NCBI GenBank assembly: GCA_051294375.1
Contig: CM119265.1
Location: 16,436,005-16,500,004 of the forward strand
Direction of reading: 5' to 3'
DNA: 64,000 nt
Source: Paraspadella gotoi
Taxonomy: Eukaryota > Animalia > Chaetognatha
The position numbers and the translations under genes were made by a program. The notes beneath the pieces are model-generated. The model did not search any database. It saw nothing but the letters and a program-made list of their open reading frames with translations, and was not told where the DNA came from. Positions within the stretch are counted from its first letter, which is position 1. Each line of letters opens with the position of its first letter. Below are positions 27,457 through 40,600 of this stretch, piece after piece.

Positions 27457-28961
27457 TTGTGTGATGAAAAACAGAGTAAAAAGCAATAACGGAAAAAATA
27501 ACAACAACAACTACGTATTTACATTGGCTGAAAAAAGGTCAGCCATAACAATTTATTTCAGGTCCAATAGTCGAATGGTCATTCCTGCTGACCCTTACGG
27601 GTCGCAAAGTAGAAAGACTTCGTCGTCGTCTTCGTCGTTGTATTTGTCGTCTTTGTTATCGTCGTCGTTTTTGCCTGAACTATTTGAGCTTCCAAATCTG
27701 CTTATTTTCTTTTTATTATTGTTATTCAAAAGACAAAAACAGTTCAATGACGACGACGATAAGGACGATGTGCGGAGGTAAAAGACTGAGTGGTTTCAGC
27801 AGCCACTAGCTAACCGCCCGCTGCATCGTTTATCTGCATGAACTCGGCAATATTTTAAGAGAGAGAGAGAAAATCCGAGATGTATACATATTGCATAATT
27901 ATATATGTATTAAGTATATTACCGAAATGTATAGAACGATTCTTTTGACTGTTTCGTGATGTATCGTATTTTTTAACGTCAGGGAGAATTAAAAATTATA
28001 ATTTTCACCGTTTTGATTTTACTTTTTTTAGGTATTCCTCGTCGTAATCAAACGTTTTAAACAATTTTTAGTGATAATATTTAGCGAGCGAGTCAGCTCC
28101 AACCCTCAGTGTCGGAAAACGTAGCAGCAGCAGACTTTCCCTCCGCTCGGTCGGGACCGTCTTTCCTCCTCCTCCGGCGCCGCCGCCGCCGCCAACGAAC
28201 TCGGAGCTCATCAAATATTAACGGCGTGACCGAAATCGTCATCAACGGCGCAGGAAACGGCAGAAGGGGAGGAGCGGAAATGGGGGAAGAGGAAAGATGG
28301 GGCGAAAATGAAAAAAAGTGGAATAAACTGACTTAATTAAAAAATAATAATAATAATTGGATATATTACATGTACATTGGAAAAAATTTAAGTAAATCAA
28401 AGACAAAACGTGATAAAAATGGATAGAAAACGAAATTTAAACTGATAAATTGAAGGAAAAAAGGAAAAATCGAGAATGAGTTAAGCGACGGAGATGAGAA
28501 CTGATAAGGAATTCCCCCGAGAACGTGACGATTCTTGGAGGAGGAGCCAATTCCAGAAACGAGAAAATATTCAATTATCCGGCGGAGAGAATGAAACTTC
28601 TTTTCTTTTATTAAACTGAGAAAATCGAATATTAAAATATTTCTTTTGAAAAAAAAACAAACGCGCGGTGTATCAAAACAAATTTGTATATAGCCTATAG
28701 GATAATCATTTTTCTTGAATTTGCACCCTTAAGCTTCGACCATACGACATCATAATCTCGGCCTTTGCGACGGTTAATAGACGAAGAAAAAACGATAAGG
28801 TTTCACCCGTGGGTCTCAACGACCACCCCCCCCCCACTGTTCGCCACTCCGCTTTAATCGCAACAACCGTGTATCGTTTTGATCGTCGCTATCGTCGTCG
28901 TCGCCGGCGTTTATCGAAATCGTCGCCTCCCGACTTGAGGGGAATAATAATGAATTTCGAA

Positions 28962-29015
<54 letters not shown>

Positions 29016-29484
29016 CTTGCAAGTGTTGTAGAATTTGTCCGCAAAATTTGGAGTGAAAGTTGACAGGTCGGTGGTCAACATGTTTTGAGCGCAAAAATTT
29101 GAGAAAACAATAGAAAAGAAATGAAAAGAAAATGTTGAAGAGAAAGAAAATTAATTTTTAAGATGGGTATATAATAACAAAGAGCAAAGTTTTCCTAAAA
29201 TTTGTGTTTTAATTTTAAATAATTTTGCAATTACAAAGTTACAAAGGCAAAGTTGTCAAAATAAAGAAAATTAATGTTCATTGAGTCTTGAAGTTTAACT
29301 CTAATTTTTAATTGAGTGGGGATAATGTGTTAAAAAAAAGAGAAAATAGGTAATATATGGTTTTTTTGTTGTTGGGTAAAAGAATACAAAATAATTTTTC
29401 TTTTTTTTGTAAATTAAAAAATATGAGGGAATATTACTCTTCACCAAGCCCCCCCACAAAAAAAGAAAGCTTTTCATAAAAAAA

Positions 29485-29885
29485 TAACAATGGAGGAAAG
29501 TTGTTTTGAAACAAAAATTTAATAAAAAAATACATGTAACTTATATTTTCTTCAGTTTAGAAAAAATTAATGCTTGTTTATTAAAAACCAAAAAAATTTA
29601 AAAAGAACAAAAAATGTTTTTGAATAATATTAAAAAAAACTGGAGGATATTTGTTTTTTAAAATAAAAAAAATGGAGGAACGTTATTCTTTAAATAAAAA
29701 AAATGGAGGACAGTTGCTCTTTAAAATTAGAGAAAAATGTAGGAAAGTTGTTTTGTAAAATGAAAAAATGGAGGACAGTTTCTCTTTAAAGTTAAAGAAA
29801 AATGTAGAAAAGTTGTTCTGTAAAATTAAAAAATGGAGGACGGTTGCTCTTTAAAATTAAAGAAAAATGGAGGAAAGTTGTTCTT
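29485..29885. repeat. Degenerate minisatellite (AAAAATGGAGGAAAGTTGTTCTTTAAAATTA-like, ~30 bp)
   Basis: The aatggagga(a/c)agttg motif recurs at ~30 bp spacing. Confidence 0.75.
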
Positions 29886-30433
29886 CGAATAGAAAACAAA
29901 CCAATGAGTCGCGATGAAAGGAAGATTCGTGCGCAGATGAGGAGGAGGGTGAGGAGGAAGAGGATGGAGGAGGCGCGGAGGAAGAAGAGGATGAAGATGA
30001 TGAGGAAAGGAAATCAATATGCACGCCGACTTGCACCTTCTATCTTCATAAATGGTTATTTCCTCAGCTACCTGCACACTCGCATGATCCAGCGCGGGTG
30101 AATAATGCGCTTTCGATGGATCTTATCTCTTATCCTCCGAGTTGGGATTCGAATGCTTATATTGACATAATTATAATAAACAAGGATTAACCACGACTGG
30201 CACAACCCCCTAAAATAGAAGTAGGAATAAATCCCTCTCTCAATTGGGAGTTGGCAAATAATAACTGCTAATTTTTTAGTAGTCGTTTTAACTTTCAAGT
30301 TTCCCTTCGACTTAACCGAATTATAAATATTACGGGATGGAGGATTGTCCTTCGAGTTGGAAGTTCCTTTGAGGATATTTCTCCATTCCATTTGTTTAGA
30401 CGAGATATAATTTTTAAGAAAAAGAAAATTTAC

Positions 30434-30495
30434 TCAGTACCGACTGCTTTTTGTGATTTGATTTCCCTCGAGCACCATCCGTCTGGCTCGTTCAT
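30434..30495 (-). CDS. Candidate first coding exon of the VGLUT gene (MNEPDGWCSREIKSQKAVGTE)
   Basis: ATG at 30495; donor ga|gtaaat is phase 2, compatible with the exon at 14145 (E-DWCGL). It lies downstream of a CpG-rich region at ~30800-31250 that contains an E-box. There is no homology support. Confidence 0.3.
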
Positions 30496-31945
30496 GCCGA
30501 TATCTCTTAATTATTTAGAGACCAATATATTGCACGTTTTTCTTTGAAGACTGACTTGGACGTTCTTTGTCGATTTAGAGATTGACCAGATTAAATATCG
30601 TTGGATCATCAAAAAGGAAGACTACCGAAAACCAATGACATAAAATTCACATTCACTGCTCACACTCAGTCGCCAGTGGAAACTGCAGGCATAATCTAAG
30701 TCTTCGCGAGGACTCGATAAAACTCCCAAAACGACCCGACTACTACTATTAGTTGAAACATTTTACATCGCAACGCTCAGCGCCACACCCACCCCCCCCC
30801 CCGTTTTCTCAGACGAAACGTTCCCGACGACGAAAGAAATCACATTCGAAACGACGCCGAAGAAAACGACGATGACGACGTGGAAGAAAAAAACCCCATC
30901 CACGAATCGGCAGCCAAAACGCAGCAGCCGTCATCGCCTTTCGTCTTCCTCCTCATTCGCTTCCCGTTGGAATCAGTCGCGCGACATCCTCGGCGCGATC
31001 ACGTGACTAGACAACGCGGCGCGCGCGCGTCTTTCTCCCCCGTGTTTTTTTCTCGCGCGCGAGCGAAGGACGCAGCGGTAGCGGCTGCTGCCTTCAAGAG
31101 ACTAGGATGTATCTAAAAAAAAGTCGGGCGTGGGGGTGGAATTGAAAGATGGGAAAACCCCGGTAGTGGTGGTAAAGGGGAAGGCTGTAATGGAGCGCGT
31201 GCGAGGCGCATCCGGTTCGGAGAAGACGAGGCCCTCGACCAATCACGGCGAAGAAATGGAGAAACGGAGAAAAAACCATGAATGGGAAGAAGTTAAACGA
31301 AGAACCAGAAAAAAAAATCACGTTGGAGGGATTAATACGAGCATTTAAAGAATGACTAACATTACTTAAAGTTAACAAACAGGAGGAAAATCAGTAGTCA
31401 AAAGGCAGCTCTTTGATTTTTTTTTCAGGATTACGATCATTGCCATTGTTCTTTTGAAAAAAAAACGATGGCGCCGGTTGGTTTATTTAACGTTAGAGGA
31501 CGACGATAGAAAATCAAAAGGCCTAAAAGGGAACAAGAGGCAATCCATCAAATGCTAAGCGTAAGATCAATCCAAAATAACATTTAAGATAAATGCGAAT
31601 CTTATGCGCCTTCATTTTTTTCTGTTTTAGTTTATTTTGTTCATAAAAGTAAAACAAAAAGGAACATAGAAGTCAAATTAACTGAATATGACCCGAATTC
31701 GCTTTAAGTAAACTAGCGAAACTATCTGTCCTGGTAGGAATAAAAACCGTATTGTGCCCAAAACGTTTATTTAAATGACATCAAAAACCATACATGCTCT
31801 GAAAATTCTACTTAGTAACAAAAATCAGAGCACGCGCATAAAGCTTGACGTGAAAAAGCCACAAACGGAAGCAATAATGAAAGCGAAATGCACTGTAGCG
31901 ATGCTTAATTATCAAATGCAAAAGGAAGAAAAGTCTACCAAAGAA

Positions 31946-34226
31946 CAAGGTGACACACGACCACCCACCGCTAGAAAAAAATCGTCATATGCAAACCTTT
32001 GAAGATTTTTTTCATCTGAAATTTTTTTTTGTAGTAAAAGCCAAAGTCATTTATGGCAGTGATTTCTATTGAGGAATTCAGCAAAAAAACCACTTTTTGC
32101 CATATTGCTAGAATATTTACAACAATATTGCTTAAATTTGAATACTAAGACAAAGAGGGCTGGACTACGGATTAATTCAAGTCATCTGCTGCATTTTCTA
32201 ATCAAGAATAAATACCATATTTGCTACTTTTAATAAAAAAAATTATGTCCATTTTTGTCCATTTTGACTTTTGTCTTGACATTTGAACGTCAAGATAGTT
32301 GAAGAAAAATTTTTTACTCCGGATTTCGGGTCCTTCTTATTTTCTTTACCTCTGAGTTGGTTCATTTGACATTGATAATCTATTGTTTGTCTATGAATTA
32401 ATTTTTAAATTGACTAGTGAAAAACTTACATTTTTATATTTTATTACAATTTGTTAAACGAAAATACTTCAAAATGTCCACAATTCTAATCAAATATTCC
32501 CTATCAACGGTGCTTCTAGTACCTAAAAAATTAGGGTAAAAAATTTAATACTTTTGCTGCAAAAAAATTTTTAAGCTTACTTTAAATTTGTGAAGGATTT
32601 TGTGAGGAGCGTTTTATTTGAACTAAAGCTCGATTTTTGACTTATTTTAAGTTTTAATAGATGAGAAACACACTAAAATGGAAAAAATTAAAAAAACCGC
32701 TTCTTTTAATGAAAGGGAAGCGTCAGTAAATTAATTCCCCTCAATCGACAGGTTTTTGCGAAAAAATTTCGCAAATTCTGTCGATTTTTTAAATCTGCTA
32801 GGCAACCAAACTTTGAATAAAATCATACGCTACCCATTATTTTTTTAATTACAATACATTTTAAAGATTTTTATACATCTAGTATGATATAAATCCAAAA
32901 TGAGTGAGAATGAGAAAAAAGAGAAGAAGAGAGAGCATGGGTGAAAAAAAGTTCAGGGAGAAGAGAAATAGTGAAAAGAAATTAATATATGGGAGAGGGG
33001 GGAGAACGAGAACAATTAAGAAGAAAAGAAAAGATAAGAAAGAAGGAAAAGAGAAATCAGAGAGGGAGAGAAAAGCAGAGATAGAGAGGAAGGAAAATAA
33101 AGGTAAAGGAGAAAGAAGGGATGACACAGAGAAATATGAGGACAGAAAAGTCGGAGAAAAGGGAGAGAAAGATAGAGAGAAAGAGAGAAAAAAGAGAGGG
33201 ACAGAGAGAAGATTAAAGAGAGAAAAAAATAGTGGAAAAAATGGAAAAAGTTACAAAATATAGTGTGCGTTTTTTTGCCTAATATCTAAAAAACACGATA
33301 GATCTGACGAGCAAATTAATCTTTAAAAAGTTGCCCTTACCATAAAAAATCGTTTTAGTTTCATCTTAATAAGGGCAGATACCATAAATAGAATTATTAA
33401 CGTAAAAGAAATTATGTCTTACCGTATTTTGAAAGCATAGAAATTCTCCCAGTGAGTTCTATGTTATAAGGAGAAGATAACTATAGCCAACCGTTTTTTT
33501 AAATAAAGCGTGTGTTATATTAATCAGTGGAAAAAAATAATTAATAGTTATATAAGTTTCAATTTCATTGTTGAAAATACCCGTATAGAAATCACTGCCT
33601 TATATTTTCTAATTTCATATTGATTGGTTATGATTTGACTTGGCAATGAGCGGAGAAAAGTTGCCTTAAAAATTCCTCTTTTCATTTTAAAACACTCAAA
33701 TTTTTTTTTTTCAATATTTTTGTTTAACTTTCTGAGTATTTTTTAAAGAACTTTTACATAAAAAAATATCTTCTGAAAGCTCTTGGAAATTTGAAGAGAA
33801 TGACTTATTTAAGAATATTGTAACATAAAAATAAGCTTAACCAGCTTTTTGGTTTTTCGGTGAGAATTGTTGATTTATAGCTGAATAAACTAATTTTTAT
33901 ATTACAGTATTATTAATTACGCCATTATCTTCATTTTGTAAGAGCTTTCAGAAGATATTAATATTAATACCTTTTTATATAAATTTTTAAAAAAGTCTAG
34001 AAAATTAAACAAAAAGATTAAGAAAAAAATTTTAAGTTTAAAAATGAACAATTTTTAAAGCAACTTTTCTCCGCTCAATGCCAAGTCAAATCATAACCAA
34101 TCAATATGAAATTAGAATATATAAATGACTGGTTTTTACTACAAAAAATTTTCAGATTAAAAAAATCTTCAAAGGTTAGCAAAATGACGATTTTTTTCTA
34201 GCGGCGGGTTGTCGTGTGTCACCTTG
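31946..34226. mobile_element. Non-autonomous TIR DNA transposon (Tc1/mariner-like ends), ~2.3 kb
   Basis: Imperfect terminal inverted repeats of ~100 bp: CAAGGTGACACACGAC...GCTAGAAAAAAATCGTCAT and ATGACGATTTTTTTCTAGC...GTCGTGTGTCACCTTG. The right flank is TA; the left is AA. No transposase ORF is present. A solo end occurs at ~42862-42895. Confidence 0.7.
33601..34122. mobile_element. Foldback/MITE-like palindrome (~520 bp) inside the TIR element
   Basis: ttctaatttcatattgattggttatgatttgacttggca(a)tgagcggagaaaagttgc is mirrored by gcaacttttctccgctcaatgccaagtcaaatcataaccaatcaatatgaaattagaa. The inner tcttctgaaagctctt is mirrored by aagagctttcagaaga. Confidence 0.8.
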
Positions 34227-34608
34227 TAAAATACATCACTTTGACAGCAGGTGGAAGATAAAAAAAGGCTACATACAAAACAATTTTAAGAAAATTAATC
34301 GCATAATAAGGTCAAAACTATTGAGTTCCCTTGTATAACTCAGGTAAAAATATCCGCAAAAGAGCGGTTAAATATCAAAATAATTCATTTTTAACCGAAC
34401 AAAATCTGTTGGGTTAACAATACACGAAGTTTGGCAGTTACCGAGTTGCGTAACGGAATCTGACTAGGAAGAGATACAAGGACAAAAACTGAATTTCAGT
34501 TAATAAAAACATGATTTGTTTGGTCAACCAAAACAAAAGACTAGGAGAAAAGCTGGAAAACTGGAGAAATTAAAGAGATGGCCAGTGACAGATGAATATA
34601 TTAGATGC

Positions 34609-37600
34609 TCAGCACTGTATGTGGAGATCGATGAGGAGACTGGCGGCACCAATGAGTTCCATTTCGTTGTTCGTCAATCTGACGGAACGGAGCCCAGGCA
34701 TCAAGGAGTTGATCGGCGCCGTGAATTGGGCGATTCGATCGTCCTTTCCCAAATCTTGCTCGTAAACCTAATCAGCGTATTTACGAAGTAAAAATACGCA
34801 TAAAATGTGAGTAATATTAAACTGAATAATATTAATTAATTAATTAATATTAAATGAAACTTACCTCAAAATGGAGACAGGCCACATCAGGCATTTTAAT
34901 GAGAAATTCGAATTCTTCCTCCCACACGGGATTAAAACCTGCATGACGGAAATAACAGATAACATTCTGGATAGTTGATAACAGTCTTGATTGAAAGCTT
35001 GCAGGGACCTGCTTTGTTATTATTTAGAAAGAGGACCAACATAGGCTGCCCAAAGTAAGTGGCAAATTAGCTTATTTAATATTTATTAAATAAATGTAAA
35101 ATTTTCATATTGGTGGTACCAATTTCATGTATCAAGACGCAAGAGAACTTAGTCTCTCCGCTCAACCACTGACCGTTATCCTTGACGACTTTTGTTTGTT
35201 TCTTCTGCTCGTCCTCCGGAATTCCCAGAATCTCGATTTTCACGTAACAATCGGCGTCGCTGCTATCGACGTCGGGAAACTGGAAGCCGCTCAACAGTTT
35301 GAGCCGTAACGTTTTCGAGGTTTTCTGAGAAAGATTCAAAGCGGCGAATGAAAGATGATCTTTGGGAGATGTGCAAGATCGCGTTCTCAAACTCAGCTGC
35401 TTACTTTGAGATCTTCCTCGTCGCACGGGTTGAAGGATGAAGCGCCGGCTCGGAGATAGTCCGGTTTGAGGACGAAGCCGCATCCGCCATTTTGATTTCG
35501 AAAGAATCTGTTGTTGGCAGCCATTGCGTCGCCGCCTTAAGTTCGAAAAATGAAATTGTGATTAAGCCGCTAGACTCTCGACGCAACCAAGCTTCTCGCT
35601 CACCAGTCTGGTAGTTAAGAGCGACGATTTGAGCCCCGGAGGCCCAAGCGAGTTGGGGGTTGTAGTTGGAAGAGCCGAATTTGACACCGATTGGATAGAC
35701 CCTTGTGACGAAGTTCTTGTGGTGTTCCACGGCCTCGGCGCCGCTAATAGCCGACGAAGAATTAACAGTTAAGTTCTTTGCCCAATGCCACATAAAAATA
35801 TTAAATTAAGACTTAATTCGTTAGGAGAGAAAAGCTTCCTCTACCTCTTCTGAACGAGTCCTTCAAGCTTGGAACTCTTCAACGATGACATCTCACAGGG
35901 AAGCTTGGACTTATAATCCTCAAAACTATTGAAATGAATTCCGCTCAGCGTGACCAAATCTGAAAGACTTTTCGCTATCTTGATTTTCTTTTTTTCCTTC
36001 TTTCCATCCGCTTGATCCTGAACAAGGAAGAAATCATTACTTGGATCAAGTTCATTTATCAATTAGTCGTGAGGCCAACGTGGTTTCCTCAATAGTTCAT
36101 CTTCTAGTATTATTTCGGACACCGAATTTTTTATTGGCAAAATTAAAAGAAGCGTTATATTTCTATTACGAGAGACCTGCGGAGAATCGCCGGCTGCTTT
36201 GGCGGGATCCTCGTACTCGTCGAAGTCGGGTTCGACTTCTCCGTCGCCCTCTGCGTCGCGAGGAAGCTTCTTCGCCTGAAACAAAAGTGAGAGTCCATCG
36301 TCTTTAGATTACTCAGTTAAACAAAACGACACGAACGACTTTCTATCAATAATTAAATTAAGAATCAAAACAAAATCAGAGATCTAGCTAACGACCTGGT
36401 TTTTGTTTACAAATCGAGGCAGCACGGGGTAAAACTTATATTACATAATTGAATGACGCTTGTTGGTACACCAAACAATTTGGGTTGATTAGGACTCGCC
36501 AAGCAAAAAAAGGGTTCAGAGCTTCCAGGAAATCCGGCAGATTTGTTAAATTAGGGCGAATATGATCTGGTTATCGATAAAGATGGATAAATTCTTAAAT
36601 CAATGCGTAAAGGCCACTACAAACGCCGATGGTCAAATAAAAATGCTCGCCTACTCGAACCTCTACTTCCGACATCGGGATGTGAGGTAACTTTTTCGCC
36701 TGAGAAAGAGCGACAAAGTCGATTTCTTACTTTTAAGGAACTTTGTCAATTTTCCCCGAGACACCCAAGAATCTGGCGCCCCTTGAACGCACCTTAACAA
36801 CGAATTTGTTCCGCAACGTATGGGGCGATGGTAACGGAGCAGAAATATCGGAAAGAACGAAAAGCTGTTCGCCCAAAACTTCCTTGAGAATTTCGGCCAT
36901 ACGATTTTGAAAGGGAATCGAGCAATGATTCTCTGCAAGGGAAATTCGCCTCGGTAATTAATTATTCACTATTCAGATATCCGGCTTAAAATTTTCCAGT
37001 CTAAGCTTTACCGATGGAAATAATGACGGGGCACTCGGAGGCTTTGAAGCCGTACTCCTTGATTGTCTTAACCACGTCGAGGAAGAGGATTTTGGAAGTG
37101 AGTGTGTGACCGTGGTAAATGACGGGTTCGCCGTCCGCCGGTTCACCGTCCCAACAATCTAGTTCCACGCATTTGCAGGCGTCGATCAAAACGCCTAAAA
37201 TTTATTCATATTTGGACCATAAACGACAATGTGAATGTTATGGTGGACTAAAATCCACCAACCGTTCATGAGCGGCCATTGGTGCCGGAGGCAAGTCATT
37301 AGCCTTCCAACCCAAAGGTCTGGGGTTCTAGCCCGGTGGTCGCCTAGCAGTTAAGAGGGACGGGGCACTTAACCCGCCTGTAACACTGTTACAGCCTGAT
37401 CCAAAGCTCAGAGACTGCTTATATTGAACGGTTCTGTCACTAACACATAATAATAATCAGTCTCTTCATTGGTGAGCCCGACTTCCGAACACAACAGCAA
37501 CACAACACTTTCAGGCGACATGCCTCAACCTGGCGATGCACTTTCCGCCAACAACACATCAGGCGACATTCCTCAACTTGGTGACGAACATTCCACCAAC

Positions 37601-40600
37601 AACAATTCACTGAAGAGACGCAACAGACTTCTCCCTATGGGAGGGGGGATGTATTGTGAACTAAAATCCACCAACCTTCATCAGCGGCCATTGGTGCCGG
37701 AGGCAAGTCATTCACCTCCCAACCCAAAGGTCTGGGGTTCTAGCCCGGTGGTCGCCTAGCAGTTAAGAGGGACGGGGCGCTTAACCGCCTGTAACACAGT
37801 GTTACAGCCTGATCTGAAGCTCAGGGACTGCTTATATTGAACGGTTCTGTCACTAACACAATAATAATCACTGTCTCTTTAATGTTCATCTCCGCTACTA
37901 TGAGCATGACACGAAATAAAAATTAAGCTTCTCACTCACGTTTGTAGGCGTCTACACTGCTTTTCGACTTCAGTTGGTCGCCTTGCAGGTAAGTGTTGTG
38001 CGACGAAGCGATCCAGTAATTTTGCAGCGGCAGATTCATGTCTTGATCAATTTGTTTGCTCCTCGCCCGCTCGGACAGCACGTCGCTGAGGAATCCTTGG
38101 ATGTATCCGCGAAAGCCGCTGAAGCTCAGCAAGTGCAGTTCCTACAGATGGGAAAATGGAAAGGACTTCATATACATGAAGGGACAAAGGTATATAAAAA
38201 TATTTTTTATGTAGAAAAAAAATAATAAATAAACCTTGAGCTTTTGATCGGGTTCGAACTGATCGATAAGGTCAACGACTTGAACGTCAGTGGATTGCAT
38301 CATTTGCTTCTCCATGAGAAATAACTTGAATTCGTCGACGGTGAGGTGGTCGGCCTTCATCGCCGAGTAGTTTTGGAAGAGCTGCCTGACCACCGGACGC
38401 TCGGCCAATTTGTGGTAGAAGTGGTGGAACTGTTTGTGATCCAACCGGTTGCCGTAGTCTTGGCGCATCAACTGACAGAGAAAAAGACATGATTTAAAAA
38501 AAACCATAACAATAGAGTTATTGTTTAAACGGTTTCACACTTCACACTAACTGCCTCACCGAGGTGTGGATCTTAATTGTATGCAAGAGGATTATACTTA
38601 TTAATTGGTAAATGGAATCTTAAGATTTAAATTTTTACAAGTAGCTTCTCGACGAAAGCGTTCCAAAAAGTTATTCTGTTTATTTTGGGACCAATATCAA
38701 ATGAAGATCGCAATAATCAGAGAGATTCTAGCAATGGTAAAAAAATAATACTTGTTAAGTAGGCAATCAGAATAAAATCCAATGTAAATTATGATTTGGA
38801 ACAAACAGTTCATACTTGATGAAACTTAAATGTTATGCTGAGAGCAAGCGACTTCCATTTTTATTTAACGCACCATTCCCCAAACATTACATTAACTGGA
38901 TCATGCAATTTTCATGCAATGGCTATAGTAATCATAGAAGCAGCGGAAAAAATGGTTAAAATGGGATTTAAAGTACGTAAGCATTTTTAAGGTTCTGTTT
39001 AGCTTTGATTATCATATAAAAACTCTAGTTAGCACTTCCTTCAGCGACGAGATGACTTCTTAAAATACAAACTTGATTAAAATAAAAGTTCAGAAAGATG
39101 ATTATTAAGGGCCATAAATCAACTTTAATGGGTTATAATGATGTGCGAGGAAAAATAACTTTATATGAGAGTGAATGTAATACCTACGTTCTTCAACTTC
39201 AGAATTAAATCCCAGAAGAGCAATGGCAAAAAGCGTGAGACGTGTAAATTATAAACGTGATAAAAAATATGGAAGTTAAATTGCTTGTTAGCATGCACAA
39301 TCTCCTTTTTAAAATGTAAAAAACTTGAACGCTAATGAGAAAGTTAGTCAGCGATTACCTTTGTCACTCGCTTTTTATCCATGGGCATGCCCAGGTTATT
39401 GAGCAAAGCGAAACATTCGTCGACGGACAGATATCCACTCTTGTCCTTGTCCGCCTTGACAAACAAGTCGTCGATCCAGTCAGACTCTTTGTAGGTGTCC
39501 TTTCTGTCCTGTGTGTGTTGCTTGAGAAAATTCAATCCCTTTAGCCATAGAGCATGGTCATTTAGATTGTCCGCTTTCAGCTTGTAGGTTTTGGTGGAGT
39601 GATACAACCGTCCGAATAGACTGAGAAAGAAGACAAACTGCAGTCAAAAAATCACGTTGAATTTGACTTCGTCTAAGTCGTTTACATGTAGTTATTTACG
39701 AAAATCAACCTATAATTTAAATGTGACAGAGCCAATTAAATTTAATGAAACGATCAAAGGAAACGTAAAGCCGTCGTAGTGCCTTTTTTTATTTTAAAAC
39801 ATTCGTATTAATAAATAATACAGAAGGCTTCATATTATAAAATGTGGTACCCCTTTTTTGTGACCAGAACACGTTCCGAGGAAACTAATGGACCAAATTT
39901 ATTGAAATTTAGTATGAACGATCCCTATGTGAATATAAATAGAACTATCGAGGCGAATTTCAATATTTGACACCTGAGCCGAGATATGGGGCCCCGGAGG
40001 GGTCACCCTTAGGGGCAATAAATGGTCAAACATTTTTTTTAAAAAATTTTTATTACTTTTGTATTGAACAGTTGTATAGACGTTTAATTTTCCACAAAAA
40101 CGTATTAATTATCACAGAAATATTAGTTTACCTTAATTTTTAGCTTCATGAACATCAGCAGTTCAAGTCAGTTTTGGAATAATTTAAGAAAATTGGAAGT
40201 AAAATGATGAACCATGCATCTTCAAACTATTCTTAATTATTGAAAATTTTTCAATTTTAGTTTTAAAAAGTTTTTTTATATGTTTAAAACGTAAATGCAC
40301 CCGATGCCACTAAAAAAATTTCAAAAAATGAAAAAAATTTTTTAGGTTTTTTTGGCCCCCCAGGGCCCTGTATCTCTTGTCAGGGGTTGAATATTAAAAT
40401 TCGCCTCGATAGTTCCATTTATATCGTCATTAAGACTCTAAATGTAAAATTTCATGAAATTCGATCAGGTAGTTTGGTAGGAACAGATTCTGGTCACAAA
40501 AAAGGGGTACCACATTTTATAATATGAAGCCTTCTGTAAGTTTTACCGACCTCCGCTTTTGCGATTCAACCAAAGCCGAGATCCACTTTTCCTCCGTTTC

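Larger units (their letters stand above)
37236..37881 (+). mobile_element. TRIM-like non-autonomous LTR retroelement with tRNA-containing LTRs (Ajax/Cassandra-like), in a PLC intron
   Basis: Direct repeats at 37236-37468 (TG...CA) and 37650-37881 (TG...TA). PBS TGGTGAGCCCGAC at 37470. PPT GGGAGGGGGGA immediately before the 3' LTR. The internal part is ~180 bp. No clean TSD is visible. Confidence 0.8.

Noticed and set aside
1437-29885. CRISPR-like arrays among the tandem repeats
   Set aside because: Eukaryotic context, head-to-tail repeats without unique spacers, and no cas genes.
37272-37755. Two functional tRNA-Gly genes, or two tandem SINEs
   Set aside because: Anticodon stems pair poorly, and the shared sequence extends 5' of the tRNA to a TG start. 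PBS and PPT placement fit an LTR element better.
37469-37759. 96-aa ORF inside the TRIM-like element
   Set aside because: No ATG start and no gag/pol motif. It reflects the internal repeat and LTR.
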